From a virus (taxonomy: Duplodnaviria; Caudoviricetes): a stretch of 64,000 nt of DNA. A program made the position numbers and the translations under genes. The notes below the pieces were generated by a model. The model saw only the letters and a list, made by a program, of their open reading frames with translations. It searched no databases and was not told the origin of the DNA. This document shows positions 51,261-60,417 of this stretch, piece after piece (position 1 is the stretch's first letter; each line of letters opens with the position of its first letter). The stretch lies in the IMG/VR virus record IMGVR_UViG_3300009108_000480; one strand, 5' to 3'.

Positions 51261-51695
51261 TTTTAATATACCTTTGGTTGTTTTTTCTCGAAGTATTCCA
51301 GACCCGTGTATTCTTACACGAATATGACCATTATAGTAATCATCTGATTCTAAAACTTTACGTGCAAATTGTTCTCTGGCTTCTATGTATGAAAGTTCTG
51401 CTTTTGATTTACAATAAAAAAGTATTTCTCTTTTAAAATTATGTTTACCAAGTCTTTTAATATCAATAGTTAAGTTATCACTACTACCATAGTAATCTTC
51501 CCAATCACTATTAACCTTGTACCTACGTTTATTTCTTCTACCTTTTAATGGCGGACGTGATCTTTTAAACTTTGCTAATTTTTTGCCTATGTACATCCTA
51601 CCATTAGTTGTATTTGTTATTTGATAAACAAACCCAACACAGTCTTCTGGTAATTTTTTAACAGGGTTTTCTTGGTACATCCAATTCATAAACAT
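51243..51695 (-). CDS. GIY-YIG (Seg-like) nuclease-domain protein
   Basis: GFVYQITN..NGRMYIGKK, YYGSS, FKREIL...ELSYIEA...YYNG motifs. Confidence 0.85.
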   Translation of the reverse strand: MFMNWMYQENPVKKLPEDCVGFVYQITNTTNGRMYIGKKLAKFKRSRPPLKGRRNKRRYKVNSDWEDYYGSSDNLTIDIKRLGKHNFKREILFYCKSKAELSYIEAREQFARKVLESDDYYNGHIRVRIHGSGILREKTTKGILKEKAST

Positions 51696-51739
51696 ATTTA
51701 AAACTCGTAAAGATTGACAAGATTTTTATTTCTATGCTA

Positions 51740-52225
51740 TATAGTAGTGATGGGCAACAGCATCCATCCACTAGGCAAATCATATCTACTTTATATAAAA
51801 CAGCATTGAGGTCGCATCTTGCGATCAGATCTTGCTTGTAGAAAAAGGCAATGATGGGGCTATGAGAAAAAGCACCCCCAGGTTTGTGTGAGATTATCGT
51901 ATAAAGATTACACAAATTCGCGTTGGAAAGAACGAGCTAATGGGTACAGCACAACCGCCCAGTTACGACAGCGATATACGGTGACTATAAACTCAGCACA
52001 TGGGTAAGTCGTTCTGCTAGAGATAGCAGAACTATGACTAACATCTAGCACATAGGACGCATATTGCGTTTATTTTTAGAGCATAGCGTAAATTAGAAAT
52101 AAACTGAGCGTAGCGAAAGTTTAGATGGCTGTAAGCCATCTTTAATGAATGGAATCGCCGGGAACAATGATTACAGCTGAAAAGCCAACCCCCGGCTCTA
52201 TACTTTTTGCCTGCGAATTCCATTG
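51740..52225 (+). ncRNA. Candidate large structured non-coding element (ncRNA or ssDNA-structured origin)
   Basis: No credible ORF; GC-richer than its flanks; at least 8 stems including GTTCTGCTA-GAGA-TAGCAGAAC, AGATGGCT-GTA-AGCCATCT and GCT-GAAA-AGC. Confidence 0.55.
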
Positions 52226-52242
52226 TAGATACTTATTGTGAA

Positions 52243-52569
52243 TTATTCTTCGTCTTCTTCTTTAGACTCGTCTTTAGTTTCTTCTATTGTACCGTGAGTT
52301 GTAATATACTTTTCTATTTCTTCATCAATTTCTTTTTTAACAACTTTATTTTTATCTTTAAGTTTTTCTTTTAATATTGTAATTTCTTTATTTTGTTCTT
52401 CTATTTTTTTTCCTATACTACTAACATCTGACGTTGCGTGTTCTAATTTAATCATAACAGTTTTAATTCGAGACTCTTTTTGTTTAATAGTCTTAAGGAG
52501 GTCCTCTTTCTCATCAGAGAGGTCCTTAATTGTAGATTTGAGCTCTTGAATAAGATCTCGTTCAGACAT
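52243..52569 (-). CDS. Coiled-coil hypothetical protein
   Basis: 108 aa, K/E-rich heptad pattern. Confidence 0.75.
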   Translation of the reverse strand: MSERDLIQELKSTIKDLSDEKEDLLKTIKQKESRIKTVMIKLEHATSDVSSIGKKIEEQNKEITILKEKLKDKNKVVKKEIDEEIEKYITTHGTIEETKDESKEEDEE

Positions 52570-52622
52570 ATATCGTATAATTATCCTGATTTTTTAGTAC
52601 CATTATAGTATAATATAATATT

Positions 52623-52841
52623 CTAGAAAAAAGGTTGACCGGTTTTTTTGGTAGTTTCCATGTTTTCTTTTACCAATTGAGCCACTATTTGCCGTTCTGT
52701 GGGGGACATTGCCGCGGCTTCTGAATACGTAACTCCTCCACGCATAAACCAACATACTTTAAAAAGATCATGTCGTAATGCTTTAGTTTCATCTTCCATC
52801 TTTTTTAATGTGATAATAATGTCAGATTCCGATTGTGACAA
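52623..52841 (-). CDS. Tail chaperone C-terminal (GT/E'-like) domain, probably expressed by -1 frameshift
   Basis: Only a TTG start with no clear Shine-Dalgarno; open in the -1 frame of the upstream gene; GGVTYSEAAAMSPTER motif. Confidence 0.7.
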   Translation of the reverse strand: MSQSESDIIITLKKMEDETKALRHDLFKVCWFMRGGVTYSEAAAMSPTERQIVAQLVKENMETTKKTGQPFF

Positions 52842-52846
52842 TAATG

Positions 52847-53701
52847 TTATACGAAAAAATTTGCAGTATCAAATGTTACCGGCACTTCATAAGTGACAGG
52901 AGCGCCTTTTTTGATCTGCTCATCGGTTGCTTTCAATTTAATAGGTTTAACTGCACCTTGAGATCTTAATTCAATCAATTTATCTTGTAATTCTTTTATT
53001 AGTACTGCATTTGCGTTTTCTACAAACTCTTTTATTTGTGCCGGATCTGTAACTTCAGCACCTTCAGTTGTTGTTATTTTAGAAATATTTTTTAATAATA
53101 TGGTATGGCTTAATTCTGTTAATGCTTTGAAACTTTCATTAAATCTTTTTACTTTCTCTTCCGGTGCCATGTCTGTATTTTGTACTGTTGAATATAATTT
53201 TTGTTGAGTAAATGTTTTAAGAGCAGTAGTAGTCATGTCTTTATATGTTAAAGGCCTTACTGCAATTTTTAATCCATCTTTTAATTCAATATCATTGTTT
53301 ACCTCCGTAGTTTTAATTTGCTCTAACAATGCTGGTAAGTTTAATGTATGCGATGCTTTTTCGGTTGTTCCAGGAACATTAAAATTAATATCCATAGTTT
53401 CACCATATGTGGCAATACGTATTGCTATTAATATTGTATCTAAATCATAATTGCTTATTTGCCATGCATCTTTAATTTCTGGAATACAACTCTGGATTAC
53501 ATCTACCATGCCTTGACCATTCATTAATGCATCTGGTGTTTTAAATATAATTTCATCGCGAGCAGTCATTGGTTGTACACCTACCTCTCCTGTTTGAGAT
53601 GGTATTAATATGTGTGGAGGATAATTTCCACCCGAAGGTAACGTAACAAATACAGCAGGCTGTCTAAAATACTTGTTTAATGGGTTTGCGTTTTCTGGCA
53701 T
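52847..53701 (-). CDS. Baseplate hub/tail assembly chaperone (gp26-like)
   Basis: NPL.KYFRQP...LPSGG, PMTARDEI..KTPDALMNG, D.D.ILIAIRIATYGE motifs. Confidence 0.8.
   Translation of the reverse strand: MPENANPLNKYFRQPAVFVTLPSGGNYPPHILIPSQTGEVGVQPMTARDEIIFKTPDALMNGQGMVDVIQSCIPEIKDAWQISNYDLDTILIAIRIATYGETMDINFNVPGTTEKASHTLNLPALLEQIKTTEVNNDIELKDGLKIAVRPLTYKDMTTTALKTFTQQKLYSTVQNTDMAPEEKVKRFNESFKALTELSHTILLKNISKITTTEGAEVTDPAQIKEFVENANAVLIKELQDKLIELRSQGAVKPIKLKATDEQIKKGAPVTYEVPVTFDTANFFV
52853..52859 (-). promoter_or_regulatory. -1 ribosomal frameshift slippery site U_UUU_UUC
   Basis: In-frame X_XXY_YYZ heptamer two codons before the stop of 52847-53701. Confidence 0.7.
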
Positions 53702-53711
53702 TTTTTATATC

Positions 53712-53719
53712 TATAAATA
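53712..53719 (+). promoter_or_regulatory. T4-type late promoter for the tape measure gene
   Basis: Exact TATAAATA. Confidence 0.7.
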
Positions 53720-53744
53720 TACATTAATTGCGTATATATGTCTA

Positions 53745-53752
53745 TATTTATA
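53745..53752 (-). promoter_or_regulatory. T4-type late promoter for the chaperone genes
   Basis: Exact TATAAATA on the minus strand. Confidence 0.7.
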
Positions 53753-53782
53753 TGCGTACATAATGATAGGAATTAAAACCAT

Positions 53783-55921
53783 ATGGCGGAATTTAGTACA
53801 GATGAAATAGGCAAATTAGCCGAGGCAATGGCGAAGGCCGTTGAAGGTAAAACAACCCGTGAAGAAAAACGAGCGGCTATAGAAGAACTTGCCCAAACAA
53901 AAGAAGGTAATAAATTACATCGGTTGAGTAATAAAGAACAACAAACTCTTTTAAAACAACTTAAAGCATTAATAAAAACTTATCCTGAATTAGCTAAAGA
54001 TACAAAAGCAATTTCTGAAAGATTTTCTGATCTTGAAGACAATTTAAGAGCAGTTAGATCTAGTTTAAGAGGATTTGGTTCAGCCGCATATACAGGTACA
54101 GGATCAATAAGTGAATTTACTGAAAATTTACGAGGTAGCAGTGAAGTTTTAAATTTTGTTGCAGACCTTGGTAAAACATTTGACATTAATGCTGAAACAT
54201 TTCGAGGATTAGCTGAAGTTGGTGGTAACTTTAATCAATCTATTGTAGAAATGAGAAGAGCCGCGGCATCTGCCGCTTTGCCACTGGACGATTTTGCCGC
54301 CCTAGTTAGAGATAATGCAACAACACTAGCCGCTCTGTATGGTTCAACTACAAGAGGTGCTATGGGTATTGCTGGATTGTCAGAAGCATTAAGAACTGAA
54401 GCTACACCAGAATTAGCTAGTTTAGGTTTTACAGTTGATGAAATAAACGAAACACTATTAGCAAATTTAGATAGACAAAGAAGAACAGGTATTTTTGATA
54501 GATTAACTGACAAGCAAAGAATTGAAAGTGCTGGACAGTTTGCAAAAGAACTTGATAGATTAGCAAAACTTACAGGTCAACAAAGAGCAGAACTTCGTGC
54601 TCAACTTGACCAACAAGCCGCTAATGCTAGATTTGCCGCTTTTATAAGAACACAAGACGATGACACTCAAAGAAGGTTGTCAGGATTTGCCGCAACAATA
54701 GGAGCAGTGTCTCCAATGTTAAGTGAAGGTATGCAAGACATAATTGCTAATGCCGGAGTACCTGTAACTGAAGCTGGTATGCAACTTGTACAGAACTTTC
54801 CAGAAATGCAAAGTGTTGTTAGGTCATTAATTGCTGGAACAATAAACTCTGAGCAGGCTTTAATGCAAATGAGAGACCTTTCAGTTAAATCATTAGATAG
54901 ATTTAGTGCGGCGGCGGCGACAGGACAAGTAGAATTCTTAAATTTAACACCTGGTATTGTTAACTTGGCTGGATTAACATTAGAATATGGCAAAGTACTT
55001 GATGAACAAGGTAACGTTGTAGCAGGTGGTACATCTGCATTAATGCAATTTCAAGAAAATGCAAAAAGATTATCAGCGGCAACACAAAGTTTAGAAACAG
55101 GATTTTATAGTATGTTAGGTTCGTTGGGTGGAGAAGGAACTACTAGTGTAGTAGGTGCTATAGGAAAAATGTCTGACAATTTTGTTAAAGGTACATCAGA
55201 TTTTACAAAAGCATTATTATATGGTACAAAAACTCTTACAGGAATGGGATTAAATTTATTAAAAAATACACTACCAACATATATGGCAGTTTATAAAGGA
55301 ACTAGAGATGCAAATCTAGTATCTGGTGGTGGTGGAATGTTTGGTGGCTTTGGAAAAAAAGCAGGCGGATTTGCAAAAGGTGTTGGAAGAAAACTTCCTA
55401 TGCTTGGAGCAATTGGAACAGCAGGCATGAGCATCCATGGAATAGTTGATGATGACCCAACAAACGATAAGTCATCATGGGCAGGTATAGCCGGATCAGT
55501 ACTTGGAGGAATAGCTGGAGCTATGTTAGGTGGACCAATGGGAGCAATGGTTGGTGCAACATTAGGAAACATGGCTGGATCAACTGTTGGTGGAATGTTT
55601 AGTGGTGATGGTAAAGCAATCGGTGGGGATATGACTGCTGGAAAATCATACATAGTAGGTGAAGGTGGACCAGAATTGGTAGAACCATCTGTGGCAAGTA
55701 CGGTTACATCAAACGCAAACCTATCTAACGCATTAGACTTTACACCATTAGATAATAAACTAGCCAGCGTGGTAACAGAATTAATCACTACAAATAAAAG
55801 TCTCAAAGAAATGGGAGAAGGCGTAAATATGCTTGTAGGCGTTAATAGCAAGATTTTGCGATCTAGCGAAGGTCAGTTAAGAGTACAAAGAAATGTGACT
55901 GGCAATGTTCTTTCAGCATAA
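53783..55921 (+). CDS. Tape measure protein
   Basis: Long helical Ala/Leu-rich protein, Gly-zipper hydrophobic segment, G.S.YIVGEGGPEL..P motif; adjacent to the chaperone genes. Confidence 0.75.
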   Translation: MAEFSTDEIGKLAEAMAKAVEGKTTREEKRAAIEELAQTKEGNKLHRLSNKEQQTLLKQLKALIKTYPELAKDTKAISERFSDLEDNLRAVRSSLRGFGSAAYTGTGSISEFTENLRGSSEVLNFVADLGKTFDINAETFRGLAEVGGNFNQSIVEMRRAAASAALPLDDFAALVRDNATTLAALYGSTTRGAMGIAGLSEALRTEATPELASLGFTVDEINETLLANLDRQRRTGIFDRLTDKQRIESAGQFAKELDRLAKLTGQQRAELRAQLDQQAANARFAAFIRTQDDDTQRRLSGFAATIGAVSPMLSEGMQDIIANAGVPVTEAGMQLVQNFPEMQSVVRSLIAGTINSEQALMQMRDLSVKSLDRFSAAAATGQVEFLNLTPGIVNLAGLTLEYGKVLDEQGNVVAGGTSALMQFQENAKRLSAATQSLETGFYSMLGSLGGEGTTSVVGAIGKMSDNFVKGTSDFTKALLYGTKTLTGMGLNLLKNTLPTYMAVYKGTRDANLVSGGGGMFGGFGKKAGGFAKGVGRKLPMLGAIGTAGMSIHGIVDDDPTNDKSSWAGIAGSVLGGIAGAMLGGPMGAMVGATLGNMAGSTVGGMFSGDGKAIGGDMTAGKSYIVGEGGPELVEPSVASTVTSNANLSNALDFTPLDNKLASVVTELITTNKSLKEMGEGVNMLVGVNSKILRSSEGQLRVQRNVTGNVLSA

Positions 55922-55960
55922 ATGTCTTGCTGTTTACCTTAAAAAAGTGTAATATAAACT

Positions 55961-57691
55961 ATGGCTTGGAAAAAATATTTTAAAGATGCGAACTTATCTC
56001 CAATTTCTGGAGAAAGAGTGCCTAACTTTGCAAAAAGAAACTATTCATCATATCTACCTGATGTTTATACAGGACATCCAAATAGAATACAAAGATATTT
56101 TCAATATGACCAAATGGATTCAGATAGTGAAATTAATGCGGCACTAGATATCCTAGCAGAATTTTCAACACAACAAAATAAAGAAAACGAAACACCATTT
56201 GATATAGTGTTTAAAGATGAAACAACTGAACACGAAGTTAAACTTTTAAAGAAAGCACTTCAACAATGGACTTTAGCAAACAAATTTAATAAAAGAATTT
56301 TTAGAATATTTAGAAATGCTCTAAAATATGGAGATTGTTTCTTTGTAAGAGACCCAGAAACACACAAATGGTTATATATGGATCCATCAAAAATTGACAG
56401 AATTATTGTTAATGAATCTGAAGGCAAAAAACCCGAACAATATGTTATAAGAGATATTAATCCAAACTTACAAAAACTATCTGTAACATCAATAACACCA
56501 AATCAAACTTATGGAGGTGGTGGAACCACTGGTGGTGGTACTGCAGGATACTCACAAAGTTATGCAGGTGCTGGCAGAGGTTCTGATATGTCGGGTTTTG
56601 CTGGAGCAACAGGTGGACGTTTCTACAGAACAATGAATCAATATGCCATTAATTCTGAACACGTTATTCATATGTCAATGTCAGATGGCTTAGACAACTT
56701 ATTTCCTTTTGGACAATCAGTTTTAGAACAAGTTTTCAAAGTTTACAAACAAAAAGAATTATTAGAAGACGCAATTATCATTTACAGGGTTCAAAGAGCA
56801 CCTGAAAGAAGAGTATTTTATATTGACGTAGGTAATATGCCAACACACTTGGCCATGCAATTCGTTGAAAGAGTTAAAAATGAAATTAATCAAAGAAGAA
56901 TTCCAAGCACATCAGGTGGTGTCAACTATATTGATGCAACATATAATCCTATGAGCATTAATGAAGATTATTTCTTTCCGCAAACAGCAGAAGGAAGAGG
57001 ATCTAAAGTTGATACACTACCGGGTGGTACTAATTTAGGTGAGATAGACGATTTAAGATTTTTTACAAACAAATTGTTTAGAGGATTAAGAATTCCAAGT
57101 TCTTATTTGCCAACTGGACCAGATGATTCACAACAACAATACAATGACGGTAGAGTGGGTACTGCGTACATACAAGAATTAAGATTTAACAAATATTGTG
57201 CTAGACTACAAGCACTTTTAAACACATCATTTGATTTAGAATTCAAATATTGGATAAAAGGTAAAGGATATAACATTGACAATGGAATGTTTGAACTTAA
57301 ATTAAATCCACCACAAAACTTTGCGGCATATAGACAAACTGAAATGGATCAATCACGTGTACAAACATTTACACAGATAGCAGAACTACCTTATATGTCT
57401 AAAAGATTTGCGTTAAGCAGATATTTGGGATTAAGTGAAGAAGAAATGGCAAGAAATGCTGATCTTTGGGCAGAAGAAAATGCTGTACCTAAGAAAAAAC
57501 AAAGTAAACAAACACAATTACGATCAGGCGGAGTAACTCAAGCAGGTGTTACATCAGATTTAGACCAGTTTGAAGAACCAACAGCTGAACCCGAAGTACC
57601 AGGACCGGGACAACCAGGACCAGGAGCACCAGGAACAGTACCTGGCGGTGGCGGAACAGTACCTGGAGGTACCGGAGGTGGAACCGTTTAA
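55961..57691 (+). CDS. gp20: Portal protein
   Basis: EDAIIIYRVQRAPERRVFYIDVGNMP...EDYFFP...GRGSKVDTLPGG motif. Confidence 0.97.
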   Translation: MAWKKYFKDANLSPISGERVPNFAKRNYSSYLPDVYTGHPNRIQRYFQYDQMDSDSEINAALDILAEFSTQQNKENETPFDIVFKDETTEHEVKLLKKALQQWTLANKFNKRIFRIFRNALKYGDCFFVRDPETHKWLYMDPSKIDRIIVNESEGKKPEQYVIRDINPNLQKLSVTSITPNQTYGGGGTTGGGTAGYSQSYAGAGRGSDMSGFAGATGGRFYRTMNQYAINSEHVIHMSMSDGLDNLFPFGQSVLEQVFKVYKQKELLEDAIIIYRVQRAPERRVFYIDVGNMPTHLAMQFVERVKNEINQRRIPSTSGGVNYIDATYNPMSINEDYFFPQTAEGRGSKVDTLPGGTNLGEIDDLRFFTNKLFRGLRIPSSYLPTGPDDSQQQYNDGRVGTAYIQELRFNKYCARLQALLNTSFDLEFKYWIKGKGYNIDNGMFELKLNPPQNFAAYRQTEMDQSRVQTFTQIAELPYMSKRFALSRYLGLSEEEMARNADLWAEENAVPKKKQSKQTQLRSGGVTQAGVTSDLDQFEEPTAEPEVPGPGQPGPGAPGTVPGGGGTVPGGTGGGTV

Positions 57692-57706
57692 AGGTTAAAT
57701 ACTGAT

Positions 57707-57946
57707 ATGAAACTATTAGAATTCTTTACATATACAGGAGACGGGTTTGAACAAGATGCAACATACGAACCTGAAAACGATATTTCTGTATTAGATAAAG
57801 ATGATACTAGAAAAACACGACTTTCTCTTAAAGATATCAATTCTATGAGATTAGCATCTGAAGAACACGACGAACAACAAAAAGATGAAGCAGAATTTGT
57901 TCAAAAAATGTATGCTCAACCACAAGCAGACGATTTAGCAATCTAA
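57707..57946 (+). CDS. Small head-cluster protein
   Basis: Preceded by a TAAATA core; RKTRLSLKDIN..R...MY motif. Confidence 0.75.
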   Translation: MKLLEFFTYTGDGFEQDATYEPENDISVLDKDDTRKTRLSLKDINSMRLASEEHDEQQKDEAEFVQKMYAQPQADDLAI

Positions 57947-57988
57947 TTTAACACATCCTTTAGTAAAACAGAATAATTAATATAAATC

Positions 57989-58615
57989 ATGAGTGATATA
58001 GCATTTGTATTAGGTAATGGAGAGTCTCGAAAAGGAATCCAAATAGAAGATTTAAAAAAACACGGTACGGTGTTTGCCTGTAATGCTGTATATCGTACTG
58101 ATCGTCCAGACTTTTTGGTTGCAGTAGATCCTAAAATGTTATTAGAAATAGGTGAGACCGACTATGTTAAAAATAATCAAGTATGGTCTAATTATAATGT
58201 ACAATATGAAAAAAATCAAAAAATATTAGATCATGTAAAATGGTTTCAACCAAGTCTAGGATGGAGTTCTGGGCCAACAACATTAAGATTAGCTTGTGAA
58301 AAAAAATTTAAAACAATATATTTGTTAGGATTTGACTATGCAGGATTTAATGACGATAAAAAAGGAGCAAGTAAACGATTTAATAACTTGTTTAAAGACA
58401 CTCGTAACTATAAAAAAAGCACAGACGAAGCTACATTTTATGGCAATTGGATGAGTCAAACGAAAAGGTGCCTACAAGATTATAAAGATACGAAATTCCT
58501 CCGTGTGATACCTAGAGACTGGTTTTCTCCTAAGGATTTAACCTGGAATGAGAATTTAAGTAACGTTATAATCACTGATTTTTTAGCTAATTTTAACCTT
58601 AAACTAAAAAACTAA
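57989..58615 (+). CDS. Maf/DUF115/sialyltransferase-like Rossmann-fold protein
   Basis: AFVLGNGESR, VFACNAVYR, PDFLVAVD, WSSG, IYLLGFDY motifs. Confidence 0.6.
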   Translation: MSDIAFVLGNGESRKGIQIEDLKKHGTVFACNAVYRTDRPDFLVAVDPKMLLEIGETDYVKNNQVWSNYNVQYEKNQKILDHVKWFQPSLGWSSGPTTLRLACEKKFKTIYLLGFDYAGFNDDKKGASKRFNNLFKDTRNYKKSTDEATFYGNWMSQTKRCLQDYKDTKFLRVIPRDWFSPKDLTWNENLSNVIITDFLANFNLKLKN

Positions 58616-58721
58616 TCAAAATAGCGGTTTTTGTCAAATATAGGTACCTTTTTTCCATTGTTGAAGTAAATACAAACACTTATAAGCAAAAACTTGCCAA
58701 TTAACAAGGAGCACGTGTAAT

Positions 58722-59762
58722 ATGACACAACCAACGAATAAGTTTGAACAGTTGTTAGAGCTTTTAATTAATGAAGAAAATGATAAAGCGGAACAACTAT
58801 TTCATGAAATAGTAGTAGAAAAGTCTAGAGACATCTACGAAGGTTTAGCAGATGAACAAACTGCTACAACAGAAACTAAAGACGAAGCTAAAGACGAAGC
58901 TAAAGAAGACGACAAGAAAGACGAATCAGTAGTTAAAGAAACTGAAAAGTCTGACGAAAAAGCAGAAGACAAAAAAGAAGAAGCGGTTAAAGAAACTGAA
59001 GGCGAAACAGTTGAAGATAAAGACATAAAAGACGAAGGTGTCTTTACTAAACCAGCACCAACACAAGTTGCACCTCAAAAGTCTGACGAAGAATCAATTG
59101 AAGAAATTGGTGGCGATGCTACTGACGAATTAATTAAAGATATCACAGGCGATGAAGAAGGTGAAGCAGATGCGGCGGCTGACGAATTAGGTCAGGACAT
59201 GGGCGCGGATGCTGAAAACGGTGAAAACGGTGAAGATGGATCTGTAGAAGACAGAGTTGTCGATTTAGAAGATGCTTTAGATGAACTAAAAGCGGAATTT
59301 GAAGCGATGCTGGCGGCACAAAATGGAGATGGAGAAGCAGAAGAAGAATCTGCAGTACCATCAACAGCGGCACCAGTTATTCCAGCAGAAACAAAACCAG
59401 AATTGTCTAGATTTGAAGGCAAAGACGCTAAAGAAGATAAGAAAGACGCTAAAGAAGAAAAGAAAGAAACTGTGAAAGAATATAAAAATCCAGTTAAAGC
59501 GGATATGAGCGGCGGAGACGACAAATCAGCAAAATCACCAGTAAACACAAAAGTTAAAAGTGCAGGTGGCACAACGGCTAATATAGCAAAAGGTGGAGGA
59601 GACGAAAAAGGTCGTCCGGCACCAACTGCAGAAAAAATAGCTAGTAGCTTTGAGAATACTGGAGGAAAAGCAAAATCAACTTCTTTCAAAAAGAAAGAAA
59701 CAGCTGATCTTAAAGATGGTTCTGACAAATCTGCAAAATCTCCAGTTAACACAAAAGCGTAA
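58722..59762 (+). CDS. Acidic prohead core/internal scaffold protein
   Basis: Highly D/E-rich; lies between portal and protease; DLEDALDELKAEF helix. Confidence 0.7.
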   Translation: MTQPTNKFEQLLELLINEENDKAEQLFHEIVVEKSRDIYEGLADEQTATTETKDEAKDEAKEDDKKDESVVKETEKSDEKAEDKKEEAVKETEGETVEDKDIKDEGVFTKPAPTQVAPQKSDEESIEEIGGDATDELIKDITGDEEGEADAAADELGQDMGADAENGENGEDGSVEDRVVDLEDALDELKAEFEAMLAAQNGDGEAEEESAVPSTAAPVIPAETKPELSRFEGKDAKEDKKDAKEEKKETVKEYKNPVKADMSGGDDKSAKSPVNTKVKSAGGTTANIAKGGGDEKGRPAPTAEKIASSFENTGGKAKSTSFKKKETADLKDGSDKSAKSPVNTKA

Positions 59763-59787
59763 CTGTTAGATTTAAGGAATTATCAGT

Positions 59788-60417
59788 ATGTCACTTTATC
59801 TTAGAGAACATTTAACCTATGATCAGGCTCGAATACAGGTCTTGCACGAAGGCAACCAAGGCAAGGATTTATTCATGAAGGGAATCTGTATTCAAGGCGG
59901 CATTAAAAATGCCAATGAAAGAGTTTATCCTGTGCAAGAAATTGCAAAGGCAACTAAAACTCTTAATGATCAGATTAGTTCAGGTTATAGTGTACTTGGA
60001 GAAGTAGATCATCCAGATGATTTAAAAATTAATTTGGACCGTGTGTCCCATATGTTAACAGAAATGTGGATGGACGGACCAAATGGATATGGTAAAATGA
60101 AAATTTTACCGACACCGATGGGCCAACTTGTCAAAACTATGTTGGAATCAGGAGTAAAACTAGGCGTCAGTTCTCGTGGCTCTGGTAATATATCAGAGTA
60201 CGGTAACGGCGAAGTTTCAGACTTCGAAATCATAACAGTTGATGTTGTGGCCCAACCTTCGGCACCGGGTGCTTACCCAACGCCAATATATGAACATCTT
60301 TTGAATACAAAAGGTGGATTAAAGGCGAAAGGTCTGGCCGCTGAAGTTAGAAATGACACAAGAGCACAAAAATACCTAAATGAGGTATTAACTAACATAA
60401 TAAAGGACCTAAAATAA
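59788..60417 (+). CDS. gp21: Prohead maturation protease
   Basis: NANERVYP, LGEVDHP, GVSSRGSG, DVVAQPSAPGAYP motifs. Confidence 0.95.
   Translation: MSLYLREHLTYDQARIQVLHEGNQGKDLFMKGICIQGGIKNANERVYPVQEIAKATKTLNDQISSGYSVLGEVDHPDDLKINLDRVSHMLTEMWMDGPNGYGKMKILPTPMGQLVKTMLESGVKLGVSSRGSGNISEYGNGEVSDFEIITVDVVAQPSAPGAYPTPIYEHLLNTKGGLKAKGLAAEVRNDTRAQKYLNEVLTNIIKDLK

Noticed and set aside
51243-52225. Group I intron carrying a GIY-YIG homing endonuclease
   Set aside because: No interrupted host gene flanks it, no convincing P7 R/S pair (GACUA/UAGUC in canonical context) is present, and the nuclease lies on the opposite strand to the GNRA-bearing structure.
57590-57691. Pro/Gly repeat tail of the portal (PGPGQPGPGAPGTVPGG)
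   Set aside because: Ordinary disordered C-terminal extension, common in portals of this type.
59518-59757. Direct repeat encoding DKSAKSPVNTK twice, plus AKDE repeats in the scaffold
   Set aside because: Degenerate in-frame coding repeats in a low-complexity scaffold; no array or spacer structure, so not CRISPR.
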